From contig CP075494.1 of assembly GCA_021613535.1 (NCBI GenBank), positions 4,712,001 to 4,776,000 of the forward strand: a DNA stretch of 64,000 nt, in the 5' to 3' direction. Source of the DNA: Adineta vaga (Eukaryota > Animalia > Rotifera). Shown here piece after piece: positions 23,372 through 37,631 of the stretch. Below the pieces are notes generated by a model that was given only the letters and a program-made list of their open reading frames with translations, had not been told where the DNA came from and ran no database searches. The stretch's first letter is position 1; each line of letters opens with the position of its first letter. Made by a program: the position numbers and the translations under genes.

Positions 23372-26066
23372 ATGTCACCAACAATTTTTTTCTTATTCTT
23401 ATTATCATTGAATATCACCCGTGCATTTGATGCTGGCTTTCTTGAGTTAAAATCAGCCCGTCAATTAAATAAAGATACAACACATTATGGTATTACTATT
23501 TGCGCACTTTGTCGTGCGACGATTGATTATTTAAAGTCTTTACCAAAAATTGATACAGCCTATCTCGAAACGAAATTTAATGAAACAAACGGTCAATGTC
23601 CAACGAATCTATTGAATGACATCGTTAGTTTCTTACAAGCAAATCAACAGTCAGGTGTTAATCCTTGGCAATATGTAACAACGATTCGAACGATTGCTTC
23701 ATCGAATACAAAAACTGATTTAAAAGAAATGTTTAATACCGATAGTCATTTTGATAGTGAACGATTCGTGGGTGGATCACAATTAGTTTTGAAAAGATAT
23801 CAATCATCAATTAATAGTATAAACAATGCGGGCAATTATGATCAAGCACGAAAAACATTTGGAGAAATGTTACATACATTGCAAGTAAGTTTTCTTCTGT
23901 TATCATCTCACAGTTTGGTTTTGTATTTTCTTTCTGTTTGTATTCAAAGGATTTTTATAGTCATTCAAATTTTATTGAACTAAATTTTACATCACCAAGT
24001 GATGTTCTTGGTGAACGAATTTTTCAAAAAGAAGAATATGCACCCGTAGATATGCGAACATGTATTAGTTGTACAGGTTCGAGTTGTCAAACGCAATCAA
24101 ATTTAGATGAAACGATCCTTAAAAAGAAAATTCTAACAACAGGTTATTTCATTCCCAAAGGTGCGGGTTTTCTCTTTGGAAAAAAACCCAAAGGAAAATG
24201 TTCACATGGTGGTTCGTTTGATGGTTCATCAACGGATGAACCTATTGGTGGAATTAATAAAGATAAATTAGATTCTGTTCATGGTCATTTACATTATCAA
24301 GCAGCCGGTATGGCCTATCAAGGAACAGTGAAGATTCTTCGACAATTTCGTAATACAATTGGTGATGAAGCATTTGGTTTATTTTTAACATTAAAAAAGA
24401 ATTTACATAGTTTAGTCATTTCTATTGATACAGCATGTTCTATGGCGGATTATGTTGAATTAGCAAAGAATATTTCAATAAATATTGTGAATCAATATGG
24501 TCAATTAGAATTTGCTCCATATAATTATATTCTAATATCATTTACAGACAGTACAGCAGAACTTATTGTAAATTCTCGTAATCCAAATGATTTAACGAAC
24601 GCCATTGAAAAATTAAATTCATGTAGAAGGAGAAATTCGACTGAAGGTGAATTATATTATCACAGCTTAATTGAAGGTTTAAAACAATGTGAATATGCGT
24701 CAGTTATTTATACATTTACAGATTCACCAGCTCGTGATGCATATTTAAAACATCAAGCACGTGCATTAATTCGCAGTAAACGTGCAGTTGTCTATTCATT
24801 TATGGGTGAACAAATGAAACGAAGATCATTATCATTAGCTAGAGTACAAGAAGATTCAATTGATCCATTAGATGGAAGAAATAATGATACAGATTTAGCA
24901 TCTATCAGTGGTGGATTAACTTATCCAATTAAAGTTGAAGATCGACCAGTGATTGCTGAATTTATTCTTCGAAGATTAGAATGGACTAGATTACAATCTA
25001 TTTTCATGTATAAAGCAAAATCAACATCAGGAATGTTTTATATCGATGCATCGATCAATGAAGTTCATTTAGATATTTCATCGATGGGTAAAAAAGGATA
25101 TTTTTAATTCATTTTAATATAAAATCTTCTTCTTATATAGGAGAAATCGATAATCTTAGTCAAGTTCAATTGACGAAACCTGATAATACTCTATATTCAT
25201 TAACTGGAAATTATATTCGAACAAAACATCTTTATATGTGGAAAATTTTACAACCGATGGTTGGTGCATGGCGTTTAACAACATCAAATCTATCTGAAAT
25301 CTTTGAACATGACGTTCAAATTCAAGGCAAAACAAGTTTGATTTGTTCTTCAAGTCTACAGAAAGAAATGGAACCAGATAAAGATAGTAGTGGCTATACA
25401 CAATTAACAACAGAACCTCTCATCGATAGTGATCTACTTGTCTTAACAACTTGTGAAAATTTGCAATCGTCAGTTGCTGAAATTTCTCTAATTGATCAAA
25501 CTGGTAAAGTTTTGAAGAGTTATTCACCATTTCAATTTGATCAACTTGGAATTCTAACAAGAATTCGTGTACCACGTGAACCATTTCGAATTCAAACCAT
25601 TATTATTTTATCGAATGGTGAAAAAGTTCAACGAATTGAAAAACAATTAATTTCGCCAACACTTTTTACTATTGAATTATTCGATCAACCCTATATTGTC
25701 TCGGAAGGTGAAACTATTCAAATGAATTATACCGTTCGAAGTGCTTCAACAGAGAAAGTTTCTTTACGTTTACGGATATATGATACATTGAAATTAATGG
25801 GTACTGATGGGATTGTAAAAGAAATAACATTTACTAATGAAACATCAGGAACAAGTTCTATTACATTACAGAAAAAATATCAACAGAAATTGACAACTGA
25901 TTTAGTCATCTTTGCTGTGTCGACACCAAATAATCAATCGAAGACATTTACATATGAAAACGATGAAACAGTTTCAGTCTATTTGGAAATTAATTTAGGA
26001 ACTACGATAAAAATAACGCAGAGTTTACTAATTTCTCTTCTATGCTTTATTTGGCATATGTCATAA
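23372..26066 (+). CDS. VWA7: VWA7-like secreted/anchored protein (HET-C-like N-terminal domain + vWA + beta-rich region), ~858 aa; exons 23372-23884, 23950-25087, 25141-26066
   Basis: Signal peptide; HFDSE, LHTLQ|DFYSHSN, KCSHGG and GGINKD motifs; vWA segments LVISIDTACSM and YTFTDSPARD; hydrophobic C-terminus. Confidence 0.85.
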
Positions 26067-26225
26067 TACAAAAAGACATGAGAAAATTTTTTCCGAAAGC
26101 CGAACATTATTGAAAAGCAGAGCTTATTTTTCTGACTGTTTCTAATTTATCGAATAAGTATATAATAACAGAGGAATGAAAAAACTAATTATTCTGTCTA
26201 CTCATTTTGAAACAGAACATTAGAA

Positions 26226-27350
26226 ATGTCAGTCGCAAGTAACGAAACAATTTTCAATGATGATGAAGATTCTACTTCGTCAAGCTTGGAAACACCATTC
26301 AGTCGATCAGTTAAATTCACTTTCTTGCTCATTTGTCAAGTTGCTTCAGTTCTATGTAGTTTGATTATATTTTCATCGTTCGCTCGATTACGAGAACTAC
26401 GAGCAAAACAACATAATCATGTGTAAGTAATCTCCATTTTGATAGATAACTATTACGAACATATCCATGCATAGACTTATTTTTCTCACTAAACAATTGG
26501 TAGACTATAATTCTAAGTTAAAAATATTTATTTTAGTGTGATTTGCTTATTGATCTGCAATTTTCTCATTGTTACAATTGAATTACCAGTGACACTTACC
26601 TATCTTCATTTTGATCAACTTGTTCCAGCATCGAATAGAATCTGTCTCTATTGGATGTTTGCATATAATTTTCTTTTCACATCAAGTTTATGGATCATGG
26701 GTATTGCTTCAATTCAACGATATATTCTCATTTTCCATGCCCATATCATGAATTCACATCTCAAGCATTACACACCAATCATTCTCCCGATCCTCTTTCT
26801 TTTCATTTGGTATGTTGTACTTATTCTCTTCTACCCATGTCAACAAGAATATGACTACACTCAACTTTGGTGTATTGGTCCTTGTTTTTCATATCAAGGC
26901 TCAATGGGAACAATCGATTGGATACTTAGTTCATTCATTCCTGTTGTTTTAACAGTTATTTTCAATGTTCTACTTATTCTACGAGTAATTTATCAAAAAT
27001 ATCGAATGCGACGTGGTCGTACATGGCGTACAACGCGTAAACTTGCTCTACAATTGTTTTCGATATCTTTTCTTTTTCTGAGTATCTATTTACCGTATGT
27101 CCTTATTGCGTTAATTCGACTATGGTTTGATCCATCTTTTCTGATGTTTTTTGGTGTACTTTATTTAGTGTATATTGCATATCTTGTTCCATTACTGATG
27201 CCATTCATATGTTTAGTCAGTCTTCCTGAAATTGTCTTGAGAATGAAGAAACTATGTTGTAGTGGTTTCAACAATCGCGTCGAAGCCATCGGACATCGAA
27301 ATATTCCGATGACAATGACTTCAAGACGAGTGAATCAACGACCAAATTAA
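26226..27350 (+). CDS. Orphan class A (rhodopsin-like) GPCR, copy 1; intron 26423-26536
   Basis: Seven hydrophobic segments, ASIQRYILIFH (DRY-equivalent), Cys in TM3 and ECL2, PFICL..LPE in TM7. Confidence 0.88.
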
Positions 27351-27497
27351 ACTAACTTTATTCGATAGATTTTACTTTTTTGTTCGATCTTTTAGCTAAG
27401 AGGTTTATTGTCTCAAATAAAATAAGATTGCCGACATTACATAGTTCATCTCTATTTTATTCACAATTGCATAACAAAACGGTTACTTGGAGTAGTA

Positions 27498-27883
27498 GGA
27501 TATGTCAAGAAATTCGGAAAAGAAAAATCCGGAAAAGAAATAAAACATGTTTGTGAACATGGAAATCTCATACCCGATATCCGCTCAGCGAGATAGTATG
27601 AAAACAGAGAAAAAAAAAGAAATGACCAGATGAGTAATCGAACCTCGGTCGTACCGAACTTTTCGACGGAATCTCTCTTTTGGTAGCTTCGAAGAAATAA
27701 ACTTCTTATCAAATTGTCTCTCACATCTTCATTATTTCTACTTGTTGTATCTTTTATCACTATTACACTACGAATAAAATTTTCCTTGATTTTTCACTCT
27801 TCAGATTTTTCTTTTTCCGGATTTTTCTTTTTCCGGATTTTTACTTTTCCGGATTATTATTTTCCGGATTTCTTGACAACACC
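27498..27883. mobile_element. MITE with ~24-bp TIRs and subterminal TTTTCCGGA repeats (MULE-like?)
   Basis: Left end GGATATGTCAAGAAATTCGGAAAA versus reverse complement of right end GGTGTTGTCAAGAAATCCGGAAAA. Four tandem ~15-bp TTTTCCGGA units on the right, two on the left. No clear TSD. Confidence 0.75.
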
Positions 27884-27918
27884 GTTCAAATTTTGTCATT
27901 TCAATAATGATAAAATCA

Positions 27919-28810
27919 ATGAGAAATCTTGTAAGTTCTCAAGTAAAGAGCATTTATTGTCAAGCACTACTTATTATTTTATTTGGATTTACTCTTATTC
28001 ATCCTATGAAATTTAATCATAGTATTTTCTGTAAATATAAATCAAACAAATAATCAATTAACAACAAATGATTCACTTGTTATTAATCGTACTGATTTTT
28101 ATAGTCCATATGGTTATTTTGTAAAATATAAAGATGAAGTTGCATTTTCAATTCAGTTTAAGTCGCAAATAGTTCTTAAAAATGTAGCATTTCTTGATCG
28201 ACTTCTTAAAGATTAGAATTTATTTGAAAATTCTTTTATCCTTTCGTATTAAAATAAGTTATGTTATCCATTGGACTAAAGAACTACTGAAATGTATTTA
28301 TGCTTAATTGATATTTATTTGTTTCTAATTGTATGGAGTACATCATGAAATCTTGGTAATTACAGAAAAGATAATGTTCTACGTCGGGTGAACTACGTTT
28401 CGTCTCACTCTTTTCGAACACCCGCATCCTCAATTACGAACACCCTGTCTTTTTTCTTCTGCTTGAAGTTCGTAATGAAAAGGTGAGACGAAACGTAGTT
28501 TTCCCTCCACGTCATTGTTAAAAATCATTTCTATTAAATCCTTTCTTCACATTCATCGGTGTAACTTATAGATACAAGTGTTGAATATCTTAATTATCGA
28601 TTGATAATTGCAAGCAATGATAAAGAATATGGTGAAGATTTCGCTGCATTAACATTGTGTGAACATACTATTGTTACGGCAGGGGCAGACATATGGTTGG
28701 TGGGCTGGATGGTTAACTGGTAGAGACGTTGCTCAAGATTTTACATATCTGGTACCGAATCAATTTTGTATTACAGAATATTATTTTCCACTTTAGTATC
28801 TTTTTCTACA
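27919..28810 (+). pseudogene. Alpha-1,2-fucosyltransferase (GT11)-like pseudogene
   Basis: Type II TM start MRNLVSSQ..ALLIILFGFTLI; GYFVKYKDEVAFSIQFK; C-terminal GEDFAALTLCEHTIVTAG/TYGWWAGWLTG (GT11 motif) with a 4-nt frameshift and large deletions. Confidence 0.7.
28386..28505. mobile_element. 120-bp MITE with 23-bp TIRs and 8-bp TSD
   Basis: GGGTGAACTACGTTTCGTCTCAC ... GTGAGACGAAACGTAGTTTTCCC; flanks TCTACGTC / TCCACGTC (7 of 8 match). Confidence 0.8.
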
Positions 28811-29106
28811 CAATAGTTCCATTTTATATATAAGTATTCGATTTAGTATAGATTTGAAAATCAGAATGTAAAGACTATACTGAGTACATAATATGTTCAA
28901 TTAGTGCTCAATTGTTGTTTTCTAATATTTCACTCTTATAATAAAATTGGTACTACTCGATATTGAGTAAACAAATTCGCATTATTTTAACAATAAAAAT
29001 TATTTTTTATGAATGAATGCTGATAGATAAACTTTGACGAGAGGCAATCATGTACATTTACATTCATCCACATTCTCGCCCGTTTTAGCCACAGAGAAAA
29101 AAAGGA

Positions 29107-30041
29107 TCAGTTATTTAATGATGTGAATGTGAACAATCTAATAAGAACAATATTATCGACATCTCCATTATTATAGATAAAAACCGTGCGAGTCATTGTA
29201 ACAAGAACTTTGAAAGAACGAGTGCTGACTGGTACAAGTTCATTAGCTTGTCGAAAAAGCAATGAGCTTGTATTGTTGCGATCTACCGCTAGCACTGGTT
29301 CAATAGTTGTAGTATTACTTATTGCTTGATTTGCTTGATCGAAGAACATCAATGACACCTCAGCTTTGTCATTTTGATCGGAATAACCACCGATCCAAGC
29401 TGAGAAGCCGAACCAAATAGTTTGATTATCAATAAAGGCAGGATCAATGAAATCTGTGATGTTTCCTGTTTGCCACATGCTGGTCACTAATGATTGATGG
29501 CTGTAGACCACCAGAGATCCAATTGGTATAATATACTTATGTTATCGGTCCGCTGTAGTTCCAGCCGGTTGGACTTGTAATATTGTCATCTAACTAGCAT
29601 GGACCGGTTTCTGCATTACCATTCGTTAATACATTGCCAGTAAATACTAAAACAAAATGAACTAAATTATTGTTCATTGTGTGAAAGCAAATTGCTTTGT
29701 TGACTTACTCAGATCATTAGTTCTGTTTGTAAAATTGATCACACTACTGGAATTGTTAAGTATTAGTTTAATATTCACTTGCTTGAGTTGAGCATAGTAG
29801 AGAATACAAGTTTGCGAGTGCTTTGTTCAAAACTCGCTGTAATACACCAACGATTAGCATAATATTGGCAGGCGCATCTATTCTGTGTTATTACTGGACT
29901 TATCGTCAATATTCGAGAATTATCATTCATTAGAATAAAATCAGCAAATCGATACACAATCATATTTATTGGGAATGGTGTTGTAAAGCAAGCAAACAAA
30001 ACAATCATTGATCTTACCAACACTCTGTCAACCACGCCCAT
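29107..30041 (-). pseudogene. Pseudogene of a secreted protein (PAN/apple-like N-terminus + carbohydrate-binding-like C-terminal domain)
   Basis: N-terminal hydrophobic segment and CACQY..NRWC; then GNVLTNGNAETGPC*LDD..PTGWNYSGPIT* with two stops; then FSAWIGGYSDQNDKA..DVDNI. Confidence 0.6.
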
Positions 30042-31079
30042 TGACTGAAACTATTTTATTATACCGCTCGTTTTTTTTTTCTTTTCTTTTCTTTTCTTAT
30101 TATGAAACAGTTATCTTGTGTTACATAAAGCGTAAAAACTGAATTAAAATTTTTTTTGTACTACTCTATGATTGTATTTCACATAAAATCAACGAATCAG
30201 TAAACTAATTAACATAAAAAGAGAAATATGCGTGCAGAAAAAAGATTTTACTGAATAATACAGAATTTCTTCAATGTTATTTTCTCTGCTCTGGAATGAA
30301 CGAGTATGGTGGCATTCAGATGATCATTAAAATAAAACGAATCAAAATTGCAATCGCGATATGGTTGACCCACACCCACATCCACACCCTGTATACAACA
30401 GAAACATTTAGTATATATTTTTTCGCAAACCATGACATAGAAGTCTGATTTTTGCTCTTCCGAGCAATGTGATCAAAACCTATTTTTTTTCTATTATCTC
30501 AACGAACTGTTAAAATCATCATTATTACTTTTTTCTGATCGATGAAACTGATACACGAGTATATTCAATGAGTAATATCACACGAGAAATAAAAAAAATT
30601 TCGTTCGCACGTTATCACCCATGAACACAATCTATTCGTAATTTCTTCGCTCAAGAACATCGATGTCTTTCAATCTTTTGATAATTCTTAACAATGGTCA
30701 ATCAACATACCTGATTATCTCTTAAGAAACAAAATCTTGATTTTTAGTGTTAACTCATAGAATCTATCAATTATTCTTAAACCGCGATGATGACGCTTTA
30801 AAGTTAGCCTATATTTCCTACTAGTTGTATTCTTCATTCCTAGCAACTAGACGTACTCAGCTTTACAAAACATAATCGTACCGTTAGATAATATCTTTGT
30901 CGATCGAACATGAACGTTCTATTCGTATTCTCTCATGGAATGCGTACACTTTTGTGTAGTTCAAGGTTTGAAGACATGTGGAACAAACCAGATATTTCTA
31001 GATATCCACGACGTTATGAATTTTCATGGAAAGAAGTGCATTTTGTCTAAAACGGCTGAAAATCAATTAAAAATGATGG

Positions 31080-31340
31080 ATTAAATATTCATGTGTTAAT
31101 TAAAGAAATAACTGGACTTCAATTATAGGAAAAGGCATTAACAAAAGCTGACAACAGATTTAGTCATTTTTTTCTGTGTTTGACACTAGATAATCAAACG
31201 AAGGCATCTACACATGAAAATAATAAGACAGTTTCAGCTAAACTGAAAACTGATTCAGTGTTTGTGACAAAATAAACACATATTTTACAAATCCTTCTTC
31301 TATGTTTCATATATCGCATGCACCTATAAAAAAAGATGAG
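31080..31340 (+). pseudogene. Decayed remnant of the 3' end of the VWA7-like gene
   Basis: Aligns by eye with 25790-26085 (acaacagatttagtcat...catgaaaa...acagtttcag...cttctatg). Confidence 0.7.
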
Positions 31341-31500
31341 AACGCAGCTTTCAATACAAGATTATTAATAGAAAAGGTTCAACTTTTTGACTGTTTCTAA
31401 TTTGTTAAATGAATCTGATAGCAAAGGATTAAAAAATACATCCATCAAATATTGTAAAAACTGACATGCACTTTTCTCATTTTAAAATATACCATCGCAA

Positions 31501-32622
31501 ATGTCAGTCGCAAGTAATGAAACAATTTTCAATGATGATGAAGATTCTACTTCGTCAAGCTTGGAAACACCATTCAGTCGATCAGTTAAATTCACTTTCT
31601 TGCTCATTTGTCAAGTCGCTTCAGTTCTATGTAGTTTGATTATATTTTCATCGTTCGCTCGATTACGAGAACTACGAGCAAAACAACATAATCATGTGTA
31701 AGTAATCTCCATTTTGATAGATAACTATTACAAACATATCCATGCATAGACTTATTTTTCTCACTAAACAATTGGTAGACTATAATTCTAAGTTAAAAAT
31801 GTTTGTTTTAGTGTGATTTGCTTATTGATCTGCAATTTTCTCATTGTTGCAATGGAATTACCAGTGACACTTACCTATCTTCATTTTGATCAACTTGTTC
31901 CAGCATCGAATAGAATCTGTCTCTATTGGATGTTTGCAAATTATTTTCTTTTCACATCAAGTTTATGGGTCATGGGTATTGCTTCTATTCAACGATATAT
32001 TCTCATTTTTCATGCACAGCTGATGAACTCTCATCTCAAGCATTACACACCAATCATTCTTCCGATCCTCTTTCTTTTCATTTGGTATGTTGTACTTCTG
32101 TTCTTCTATTCATGTGACCAGCAATATGATTACACACAATTTTTGTGTTTTGGTCCTTGTTTTTCATATCAAAACATAACTGGAACAGCTGATTGGATAC
32201 TTAGTTCATTCATTCCTGTTGTTTTGACAGTTATTTTCAATGTTCTACTTATTCTACGAGTAGTCTATCAAAAGTATCGAATGCAACGTGGTCGTACATG
32301 GCGTACAACGCGTAAACTTGCTCTACAATTGTTTTCGATATCTTTTCTTTTTCTGAGTATCTATTTACCGTATGTCCTTATTGCGTTAATTCGACTATGG
32401 TTTGATCCATCTTTTCTGATGTTTTTTGGTGTACTTTATTTAGTGTATATTGCATATCTTGTTCCATTACTGATGCCATTCATATGTTTAGTCAGTCTTC
32501 CTGAAATTGTTTTACAAATGAAGAAACTATATTATAATTTCAATAATCGTGTGAGACCTATCGGACATCGAAATATCCCGATGACAGTGACTTCAAGACG
32601 AGCGAACCAAGAACTACATTGA
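31501..32622 (+). CDS. Orphan class A GPCR, copy 2; intron 31698-31811
   Basis: Paralogue of 26226-27350 with the same exon structure. Confidence 0.88.
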
Positions 32623-33752
32623 ATGAACGTAATGGAGTAGTATTATATTACTGTGCTTTATATTGTTTGTCTTTTTTCAAAAGGCTCTTGCTAAAAATAA
32701 ATATTTTTTTCCACATTAAAAATCTCAGCAAGTAAATTCCTTGAGATGACAGAACCAATTAGTTTTTCCATGTTCTCAAAATAACCGAACAATGTTTTGA
32801 AACTTTTCAGTGAATCTTTGTAATTGTATCGTCTGAGAGTGTTTGTTTGGTAAATGATGAAAGAAGGAACATCCATACCACTTATATATTAACTGTTGAA
32901 GTGTAATATCAGACATCTTATTGTAGTTCCAATCTCAACAAGGATGTCATAATCTCCAAGTGGTTTGTTTGAAATGTAGATAATAAATAGAAACCGATTA
33001 TAATCTCGTATATCTTTCAACTAAATAATTACTATCATATATAAGGTTGTAGATGACGTATGCTATGACATGTGTAGAAGGCATTAACTACTATGGATAA
33101 AGGAAACTTTTGTTAATTATGCTAAGAGAGAAAGAAGAATAAGGACAAACTTATCAATTATACATATCAGTATAATAACTATTGTCTTATTTTCAATAAC
33201 TACTGACAAGAACAAATGAATAATTGTACAAAGATATATCGTATCTATTCTCCGATACTTATTAATAACAGTATGTCGTTATCTTGCTAGAAAATCTAAT
33301 CAACTAATAATGATGTTTCAAGAATGAAGAGATGTCATGAAAAAGTTTTCAATATAACATTTCTAAAAGAATCAACTGTTAGAGAGCACTCTAACAGTTA
33401 TTCTTTTCTTTTGTTCAGGTGGGGGCGTCTTGAGGGTATATAAGACGCAGTTATTTCTATGAATAAAGGAGAGAGAGAATCACAGTTCTTATCGATTCTT
33501 AATTTAATTGGTTACAGTCAAGGGACCTGTGTAACATCAACGAATATTTGTAAACTATAACAAAACAATAGAATAAAAATACTAGTACTTATTTTCCTTT
33601 TTTGATTATTCTGCCAACGATGTTGATTGAAAGAAAAAGAAAAAGAATAGATTGACAAAGAAAGTCTTTTCTTAATATTATCTCGATTAGATTATTCTTA
33701 TTACGTACGTTTTCAACTAGCAAAAAAAGAACCACTACCGAATCCTTTGGTA

Positions 33753-36700
33753 ATGAGTGATCGATCACCTAGATTTTCCAAACGTTTATTTATTGCTGCT
33801 CGTTCAGCTCTTATTCGTAATGCATATGAATTGAATTTATTTTCCGGTAATCCATTTTGGTCTTCATCACTCAATTATTCAGAACAAATTCTTAGTACTC
33901 GACTTTTTCTTCTCTTTATTTCTATATCTCTTCTAATAATCATCACATATGCTAGTATCATTGTTCGAACACATAGTATTATACTCGATAACTTCTCTCT
34001 TGTTGAAGTCGAATCTTTACAAGCTCGTTATCCAACAACAATAAGTATTCCTTGCACTCAAGTATCGATTCCTTATCATCAATTTATTCAATTATCACCC
34101 ATCGTTCATCAAATATGTTCAAGTTCATTTATTGATGAACAATGGATTTCTTCTCTCTTTCTTCCCAATGCAACATCTCATCATATTCTTGATTTTCGTA
34201 CATTTTCTTTTGCACAATTTCAAGCGTTAGCATTACTTTGCAATATAGCAAAACAAGCAGTTTTCGATGGATATCAAACATTTAATTCAACAAATTTAGT
34301 GACAAATTATCTTTTTTCACGTACAGAATTCATGGAAATAAGTCATGTTTTGATAAATAATCTTTGGAATAATACGATCGCAAATGAATATCGTACAGCA
34401 AAAATTGTCTCAATGAATATTGCACAAAATCGAGTAATGTCAGCATTACGTACTAATTTCTATATTAAATCAGTCTATCTATCAAACGTTTATATTATCT
34501 ACAATGGACTTTATTGGAGAGAAAATCAAACATCTGAATCTGTATGTGGATGTCTAATAGAAGGTAATCAATGTGTTTATCCAGCCGGAATTTTTTACAA
34601 TTCGACAACAGTTGAATTAGATATGGCCAATAAATCATTTTTATCAGCATCATCATATCGAATTCTTGGTCTTATGGCCGGTTGTTTACCTCTTGAAACA
34701 ATCCGACAATCAACACTTGAATGTCTTTACGAACAATCCTGTTTAGATATTTTAACACTTCAACCAAATATTTCTCGTCCGCGACCTTTAAATAAGTCTT
34801 TAACAAAATTTCCTTTAAATACAACAATTGGTTTTATGTTTGATAAATCACTTTTTATCGAATCTTGGCAAACTAAATTAAATTTCGAAGATTACTATCA
34901 GGCTTGTGCTCCTCAATCACTTACCTATAGTTATGAGAGTCGATTTCGTCTTGCATCCATAATAACTATATGTATTAGTGCATTTGGTGGATTAGTTATT
35001 GCTTGGGATTTCGTGACACCAGTTATTGTTAAAATTTGGACTTTGATAAAATGGAAAAAACAACACATGAAAACTTCAAATCAAATCGATAATGAACAAC
35101 AAAACCTAAATGTAACATCTCATGTTCATCGAACAATCTATACATTTAATTTATTTCCACCGGACGATGAAAATGATGTAGAAGAACAATATATTGGCAT
35201 TGTTACTACTCGTCTATATATTTTATTTTTATTTATCGGTCTTCTCGTTCTTAGTTGTTATACATCTCTAGTACAACGTACACAACAATATACAGTTCCA
35301 TTTCCATCATTAACTGAATTTGAACGATTAGAATCTCTTTATTCTTCAACATTAATTTGTTCATGTACACGATTTTCGATGTCCTACAATCGAATTCTAT
35401 CAGTATCTCCTCGATATCATCAGATATGTTCAAGTGAATTTCTCGATGATATTTGGTTATCCTATTTCGACATGAAAGAAATCAAATTGAATACAACATT
35501 CTTTCCTGTAATTGATTTTCGACATACAGGTGATTCATTTTTCATTCTATTACGTGTTTTATGTCAAGCATCACAAGAAACAGTAGAAAATGCTCTTCGT
35601 CTATTTCGATCTCGTCGTTTAATAACAGTAAATACATATTCACGTAAACAATTCGTTAATGAAATGCAAACACGTCTTAAACAATTTCAACAGCAAACAA
35701 TAACATCATTTAGTAATCTTCTCGAACTGATTCGTTCTTCAATTCAAACCAATCGTCTTGTCACTGATCTATTAACGACTACAGGTTTTTCAAATTTGTT
35801 CAATAAACAAACATCAAGATGGGAACCACGATTTTATTCTCGAAATATTGGTAATTGTTCGTGTGCGTTCTTCGCTGATTGTATTCGTCCACAAGGCTTC
35901 TATTTACAGTCGGATATAGTTACTTCGGAACCAAAGGTTATTGTACCGGGATTAGTTTTTGGTTGTTATACAATTGATTCTCTTTTTCTCTCGACTCTCG
36001 AATGTTTTTTTGATCAAAAATGTCTGAAACTTCTCATCGATATGCGTCATTTCGATGCTACTGATCTATTCTATTCAGTAGATGAACGTGTTCATAAAAT
36101 TAAACTACTTCGTCATAAAAATAGTCGTTTTCTTCCTAATGCAACTATACAATCGATTGTTTCACAATTATTCATCGAAAATTGGAGAACGTCAAGAAAT
36201 TTTACCGCCTACTATATACGATGTGCTCCCAAGGAATGTACATATACACGAACGGAACGTTTTGATAAGGCATATATGATTGCAATGATGCTTGGATTCT
36301 GTAGTGGATTAAGTGCTGTCTTGGAAATTATTCTACCAGCATTTGTTAGATTTATTAAAAAAAGAAATAATTTAGAAACAACAGGTAAAAAGTCATCATT
36401 ATATTTTAATTTTTTTTGATTGTCTATTATGTTGTAGACAATGCATCACAATCTCCTGTTGCGACAGAAAATTCAAATTTATTTTATAGAATATATAAAA
36501 CAATACGTTCATTAAATTTATTTTCTACTGACACATCTTCTAGAAATCATCAAATGAGACATCAAGAAATAATTGCTACTCGTATATATATTATTCTTTT
36601 TCTGTTGAGTTTGATTGTGGCTGTTCTTTATGCTGGTCCCTTTAGCGAGGAAACTAAAACGACGATCATTAAATTACCAACTGTCGATATTGTCAATAAT

Positions 36701-37631
36701 CTTCGCCATAGAAATATTTCGACTCTATCTTGTCCTTGTTCAACAGCAGCTGTTCAACACTCGAAATTCTTATCTACAAATCCGCATTATCATTCAATGT
36801 GTTCAAGTATGTATACGACACCTTCTTATTGGATTGAATTGGCAACAAAAGGTGATAAAATATCGACTGCACTCAGTGCTCATTATCGCGTATTAGCATC
36901 ATTTTGTCAAATAGCTAATCGTACAATAGGAACTGCTCAAGATGTATTCGGTAGTCAAGAATTGATTACAATCGAACCAATGATACATTCATCATTTATT
37001 ATTCAAACAGATGCTCTTCTATCAACATTTATTTCTCAAATTTCAGCTGATTATCGTCGTACGCTCACATTTATTATTCGTTCATTTGGCGTTAACCAAC
37101 TATTCAATGTGTTTACAAGTAACTGGAAACTTAATTTTACTGATGAAAATGAACAACATATTATAAAAACATATCCACGCCGTTTTTCCTCTTCTAATTG
37201 TACTTGTGCGACATCATTTGATTGTATTGAACCTGTTATTGAAGGTATTGTTAGTGGTTGTTTTCCATACGATGGATTTCGTTTATCAACATATGAAAAT
37301 CTTTCTTTGGGTCAATTAAATGATCAACTTTTTGTAACAAATTGGCAAAATAAAAGTAATTATACAGCATATTTTGATACATGTCATCCCTTGGAATGTC
37401 AATATACATTACCTGATAAAAACAATCCAATTTATATGTTTACGACTATTTTGGGATTGTATGGTGGTAAGAGAAAATATTCATTGAAGAATGTACAAAA
37501 TATTTATTTTGGATATTTAAGGTTTGATTTATACGTTTCGTTTGATTATTATTCAATCGTTGAATATATTACGTTGGTGGTCAAAACAACATCAACAAGT
37601 CCAAATCGAATTATCTGACACTAATTCATGA
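33753..37631 (+). CDS. Large membrane protein (~1256 aa) made of three tandem TM-[Cys-rich ectodomain]-TM modules; exons 33753-36384, 36438-37466, 37522-37631
   Basis: Three repeats of (L/F)NLF..(S/A/T)TR(L/I)(F/Y)-TM, C.C, ICSS, C.C...C, GC.., LF(I/V)..W, Y(Y/F)..C.P...Y, then a TM ending in a GG/SG motif. Both introns are GT-AG and keep the frame. Confidence 0.8.

Noticed and set aside
27461-28016. ORFs 27461-27760 and 27714-28016
   Set aside because: Phe/Pro-rich translations of the MITE's TTTTCCGGA repeats.
30248-33060. Short coding-like stretches at ~30250-30470, ~30850-31050 and ~32760-33060
   Set aside because: Possibly old gene remnants, but I cannot assign them from the sequence alone.
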